Assembly: GCA_052034805.1 (NCBI GenBank)
Contig: JBPOID010000005.1
Coordinates: 119,985 to 183,984, forward strand
Reading direction: 5' to 3'
Source of the DNA: Candidatus Tayloriibacteriota bacterium
Lineage (GTDB): Bacteria; Patescibacteriota; Minisyncoccia; Phycocordibacterales; PALSA-1337
DNA length: 64,000 nucleotides
How positions within the stretch are numbered: the stretch's first letter is position 1; every line of letters starts with the position of its first letter. Below, piece after piece: positions 60,313-64,000 of the stretch. The notes under the pieces were generated by a model that was not told where the DNA came from, did no database searches, and worked only from the letters and a program-made list of their open reading frames with translations. The position numbers and the translations under genes were made by a program.

Positions 60313-60348
60313 ATGAGCTGGCAATGAAAATGTCAGCTCATCATTTTT
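60313..60348 (+). terminator. Intrinsic terminator
   Basis: ATGAGCTGGCA-atgaaaa-TGTCAGCTCAT then CATTTTT. Confidence 0.65.
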
Positions 60349-60392
60349 ATAATAATAGTATTTATATTTAAAAATATTATAATTAAAGATAA

Positions 60393-61472
60393 ATGAAAGA
60401 AACTAATTGGAAATTCTATACATCCAATACAGAAACATGGGAAGCCATGCTAAATGCCTGTAAAGAAGCGAAAGAAAGTATAGATTTGGAACAATACATA
60501 TTTGTCGCTGATGAAATAGGTAATAAATTTATAGAAATATGCAAAGAAAAAGCCAAATCTGGTGTAAAGGTTCGTCTTCTATGGGATGCTGCTGGAAGCT
60601 TTAGCTTTTTTGGTTCTTCTCTTGCAGAAGATATAAGAAAAAGTGGTGTAGAAATAACATTTTTCAAAACATTATTTCCAGGTATAACTTCTATGCCGAA
60701 CTATAGATCTTGGTATTTCAGAAATCATAGAAGAAGTTTGATTATTGATAATAAAATAGCATTTACAGGTAGTGCTTGTATATACAATAAAACAAAAAAC
60801 TGGAGAGATACAACAGTTAGAATAGAAGGTCCTGTCATAAATGATATGAAAAAGGCTTGGAATAATATGTGGGATAGAGCTCATGGCAAGAAAATAAAGA
60901 AAACTCATTATAGTGAAAGAAGTGATCATGAATTCGAATATATTACCAATGCTCCAATGCCTAGGAATCATCATCTTTATCATCACATCATAGAAGCCAT
61001 AAGAAATTCTAGTAAATATATTTATATTACTACTCCCTATTTTGTACCGACACATAGATTATCTAGAGTTTTGCGTTTAGCAGCTCATCGTGGTGTAGAT
61101 GTGAAAATAATTATTCCAGAAAGATCTGATTATCCTATAGTAGATCTAGGTGCAAGAACTTTTTTCTATAATTTATTGAAAAGTGGTGTAAAAATTTATC
61201 TATATAAAGAAGGGGTTATACATAATAAAACAATAGTTATAGATGGAGTATGGTCAAGTATAGGTACACTGAATATGGATAATGTAAGTCTTTTATATAA
61301 TTTTGAAGCAAATATAGTTACATCCAATAGCAAATTTGCCGAAGAATTAGCATCTCATTTTGTACATGATATGTATAATTCAAAAGAAATAACATTCGCG
61401 GATTGGAATAATAGATATTTCGTAGAGAAAATAGCCAGTTTCTTTGTAAAATTCTTTAGAAGTTTCCTATAA
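60393..61472 (+). CDS. Cardiolipin-synthase-like phospholipase D protein (ClsB type, no TM)
   Basis: RNHRR..IID...FTG, WRDT, TPYFVP, HNK.IVID...IGT.N.D..S...NFE. Confidence 0.88.
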   Translation: MKETNWKFYTSNTETWEAMLNACKEAKESIDLEQYIFVADEIGNKFIEICKEKAKSGVKVRLLWDAAGSFSFFGSSLAEDIRKSGVEITFFKTLFPGITSMPNYRSWYFRNHRRSLIIDNKIAFTGSACIYNKTKNWRDTTVRIEGPVINDMKKAWNNMWDRAHGKKIKKTHYSERSDHEFEYITNAPMPRNHHLYHHIIEAIRNSSKYIYITTPYFVPTHRLSRVLRLAAHRGVDVKIIIPERSDYPIVDLGARTFFYNLLKSGVKIYLYKEGVIHNKTIVIDGVWSSIGTLNMDNVSLLYNFEANIVTSNSKFAEELASHFVHDMYNSKEITFADWNNRYFVEKIASFFVKFFRSFL

Positions 61473-61531
61473 TTCAATACAATTGCCAATTAAAGACAAA
61501 TATGCTATAAATAAGGTCTAAAAATACTACA

Positions 61532-62044
61532 TTGAGTACAGTAAGAATACGTATAAATAACTTCATAAAAGCGCCAGAATTGCGCGTTATAACAACTGAT
61601 GGAGAAAACCTAGGGGTTATTAGTCTTGCCAAGGCTTTAGAAGAGGCTCGCGCTCGTGGACTTGATCTTATCGAAATATCACCAAATGCCATGCCACCAG
61701 TTGCAAAAATCATGGATTATGGTAAATTTCAATATGAAGAAAAGAAGAAGCAAAAGGTTGCAAAAGCACGTACTCATACCTCGGATGTAAAGAATATTCA
61801 GGTAAAAATAGGTACAGGTGAACACGATCTTGAATTAAAGGCTAAAAAAGCCTCAGAATGGCTAGGCCAAGGACATAGAGTGAAAATAGACCTATTTCTA
61901 ATAGGTAGATCCAAATATATGGACATGAACTTCCTCAAGGAACGCATGGACCGTATATTAAAGCTCATAACCGTTGATTACAAGATAGCTAGTGCTCCAG
62001 CTAAAAGTCTAAAAGGACTAACAGCAATAATAGAAAAGAAGTAA
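61532..62044 (+). CDS. infC: Translation initiation factor IF-3
   Basis: IN..I...ELRVI, LDLIEI, PPVAKIMDYGKFQYE; non-ATG start. Confidence 0.96.
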   Translation: MSTVRIRINNFIKAPELRVITTDGENLGVISLAKALEEARARGLDLIEISPNAMPPVAKIMDYGKFQYEEKKKQKVAKARTHTSDVKNIQVKIGTGEHDLELKAKKASEWLGQGHRVKIDLFLIGRSKYMDMNFLKERMDRILKLITVDYKIASAPAKSLKGLTAIIEKK

Positions 62045-62060
62045 AGAAAAGAATAATAAC

Positions 62061-62255
62061 ATGATTAAAACAAATAAGTCATACGCAAAAAGATTAAAAG
62101 TTACAAAGAATGGAAAGATTCTGGCTCGTAGAACTGGTCAAAATCACTTTAATTCAAAAGAATCTCGTAGAAATCAATTGAGAAAGAAAAATTCTCTAGC
62201 ACCTTTTCATATGACTGCAAAGGAAAAGAGTAGATTTTTGGTCAATATTAAATAA
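62061..62255 (+). CDS. rpmI: 50S ribosomal protein L35
   Basis: KTNKS..KR.K.T..GKI; position in the infC operon. Confidence 0.92.
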   Translation: MIKTNKSYAKRLKVTKNGKILARRTGQNHFNSKESRRNQLRKKNSLAPFHMTAKEKSRFLVNIK

Positions 62256-62275
62256 TATAAAATAACAGAAATACC

Positions 62276-62626
62276 ATGTCACGTGTTAAAAAAGGAGTAA
62301 ATGCTCTAAAAACAAGAAGAAATATATTAAAGCAAGTAAAAGGATATCGTTTCCGTAGAAGCAAAACAGAAAGAGCTGCTTATGAAGCTATTTCACATGC
62401 TGGAAACTATGCTTTCGCACACAGAAGAGACAAGAAAGGTGATTATAGAAGACTATGGAATGTGAGAATAAATGCAGCATTAAGAGCTATCAACAAAGAC
62501 AATTCATATAGCAAATTCATAGGAGCATTAAAGAAAGCAAATATAGTTATAGATAGAAAATCTCTTGCAACTCTAGCAAGTGAAAATCCAAAATCTTTCG
62601 AAGCAATAGTTAAGAAAGTTGCCTAA
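62276..62626 (+). CDS. rplT: 50S ribosomal protein L20
   Basis: MSRVK, RRLW..RINAA, YSKF, DRK.LA. Confidence 0.97.
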   Translation: MSRVKKGVNALKTRRNILKQVKGYRFRRSKTERAAYEAISHAGNYAFAHRRDKKGDYRRLWNVRINAALRAINKDNSYSKFIGALKKANIVIDRKSLATLASENPKSFEAIVKKVA

Positions 62627-63993
62627 ATCAATTCATACCCTACCCCTCTTTCAGGTACGGTTGCATTTACCCCTATTTCATCACGCAATCTCTGCGCGAG
62701 GAATGTAGATGCTTTCGGTTCACCCATAACAACGAAAACTCTTTTCAAAGATTCTTTTGTTTGATCTACGAATTCTACTAGATGATCACTGTCTTTATGT
62801 GATGAATATCCGAATATTGTTTCTATTTTTGCTTTAACTTTGACTTTATTTTGAGAAATATTCACTGTCTTTGCCCCATCGATAAGATGTCTACCTAGAG
62901 TTCCGATGGATTGATAACCAACTAGAAGTATAGTGCTTTTTGGATCTTCCAGATATCTCTCTTCATGATGAATAACTCTACCACCTACAGACATTCCGGA
63001 ACCTGCTATTATTATTTTTGGTAATTTTGAATGATCTATTTCTCTAGACATCTGGCTACTAGCAGTGAAAAGTAATCTAGGGAAATTGAATATATCATCC
63101 CCTCCCTGTATTTCAGCTTGGGCCTTATCATTAAAAAGATTTGTACTGGCTTTGTATATCTCAGTAATACGAGTAGCCAAAGGTGAATCTATATAAACAG
63201 GTACAGAAGTAATTTCTTTTGATTCTATTAATTTATTTAATTCATAGATTATCACCTGAGTACGTTCCATAGAAAAAGAAGGTATAACTACAGTACCGCC
63301 CCGCGCGATGGTCTCATTTATGATTTGTTTTAATCTAGCTACTCTTTCGTCTTTTGGTTCATGATTCCTATTTCCATAAACGCTTTCCATTATCATATAA
63401 TCAACGCCTTCTGGATTTTCTGTATTCTTTAGAAGTGGTGTAGGACTATTACCTAGATCACCTGTAAATAATACTTTCTTCATTTCGCCACTTTCATCTT
63501 TCCAAGAAAATTCAATCATAGAAGAACCCAATATATGTCCAGCATCTTTGAGATATACAGAAAATCCATCGAAATCTGTTTGTGTATGATATGGTATCGT
63601 CTTCCATAAAGATATAGCATTTCGCAAATCTATTTCTTCATACATCGGTAGAATACCTTCGTCTCTTGCTTCTTTTTCCAATATACCTAGAGCATCTTCG
63701 AGAATAAGTTCTGCCAGAGACAATGTTTCTCCTGTAGAGTATATAACTCCCTTGAAACCTTGTTTTACAAGTTTCGGTATACGACCGACATGGTCTAGAT
63801 GCGCATGAGTTATAAATAATATATCAATAGAAGATGGCTCATAACCGAATTCATCTCTATTCTCTCTCATTGCGAATTTTTCTCCTTGTATAAGTCCACA
63901 ATCAACAAGTATTCTCTTCCCTGCTATTTCTAAAAGGAAATTTGCACCAGTAACTGTTCCGACACCACTATAAAATGTAACTTTTGTATTCAT
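62623..63993 (-). CDS. MBL-fold beta-CASP nuclease
   Basis: DCGL, THAHLDHVGR, AGHILGS, TGDLG, ESVYG, SSH.D. Confidence 0.92.
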   Translation of the reverse strand: MNTKVTFYSGVGTVTGANFLLEIAGKRILVDCGLIQGEKFAMRENRDEFGYEPSSIDILFITHAHLDHVGRIPKLVKQGFKGVIYSTGETLSLAELILEDALGILEKEARDEGILPMYEEIDLRNAISLWKTIPYHTQTDFDGFSVYLKDAGHILGSSMIEFSWKDESGEMKKVLFTGDLGNSPTPLLKNTENPEGVDYMIMESVYGNRNHEPKDERVARLKQIINETIARGGTVVIPSFSMERTQVIIYELNKLIESKEITSVPVYIDSPLATRITEIYKASTNLFNDKAQAEIQGGDDIFNFPRLLFTASSQMSREIDHSKLPKIIIAGSGMSVGGRVIHHEERYLEDPKSTILLVGYQSIGTLGRHLIDGAKTVNISQNKVKVKAKIETIFGYSSHKDSDHLVEFVDQTKESLKRVFVVMGEPKASTFLAQRLRDEIGVNATVPERGVGYELI

Positions 63994-64000
63994 TTATTTT

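Noticed and set aside
60136-60324. 62-aa minus-strand ORF in the track
   Set aside because: The opposite-strand 51-aa ORF has an SD, a TM helix and a terminator and is the better call

Overview
AT-rich chromosomal segment, standard genetic code, most consistent with a Patescibacteria/CPR (Parcubacteria-like) bacterium. The lineage call is an inference from gene content: pilin-rich type IV pilus locus without PilQ, stand-alone VirB4/TraG-like ATPase, apparently leaderless genes. Housekeeping genes: lepA, murJ, nrdAB (class Ic-type beta), rsmI, gatC, ligA, recG, ftsH, smpB, infC-rpmI-rplT. RNA genes: RNase P RNA, tmRNA and seven tRNAs. Most notable: (1) an unusual cell-wall/peptide cluster at 25.3-32.9 kb (ATP-grasp, NlpC/P60-like, MraY, Arg/Leu-tRNA transferase-like, Mpl-like ligase, an uncalled LysW-like Zn-ribbon protein, a PLP enzyme, degenerate MurD); (2) a family of ~100-nt hairpins with covarying stems and fixed internal loops, in inverted pairs upstream of tRNA-Ile and tmRNA; (3) rare anticodons, tRNA-Ser(ACT) and tRNA-Ile(TAT); (4) duplicated tRNA ends and a shared hairpin at the tRNA-Ser loci; (5) a serpin with a prepilin-like leader; (6) several micro-ORFs missing from the ORF track. 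All calls were made by eye from motifs; no database searches were run.
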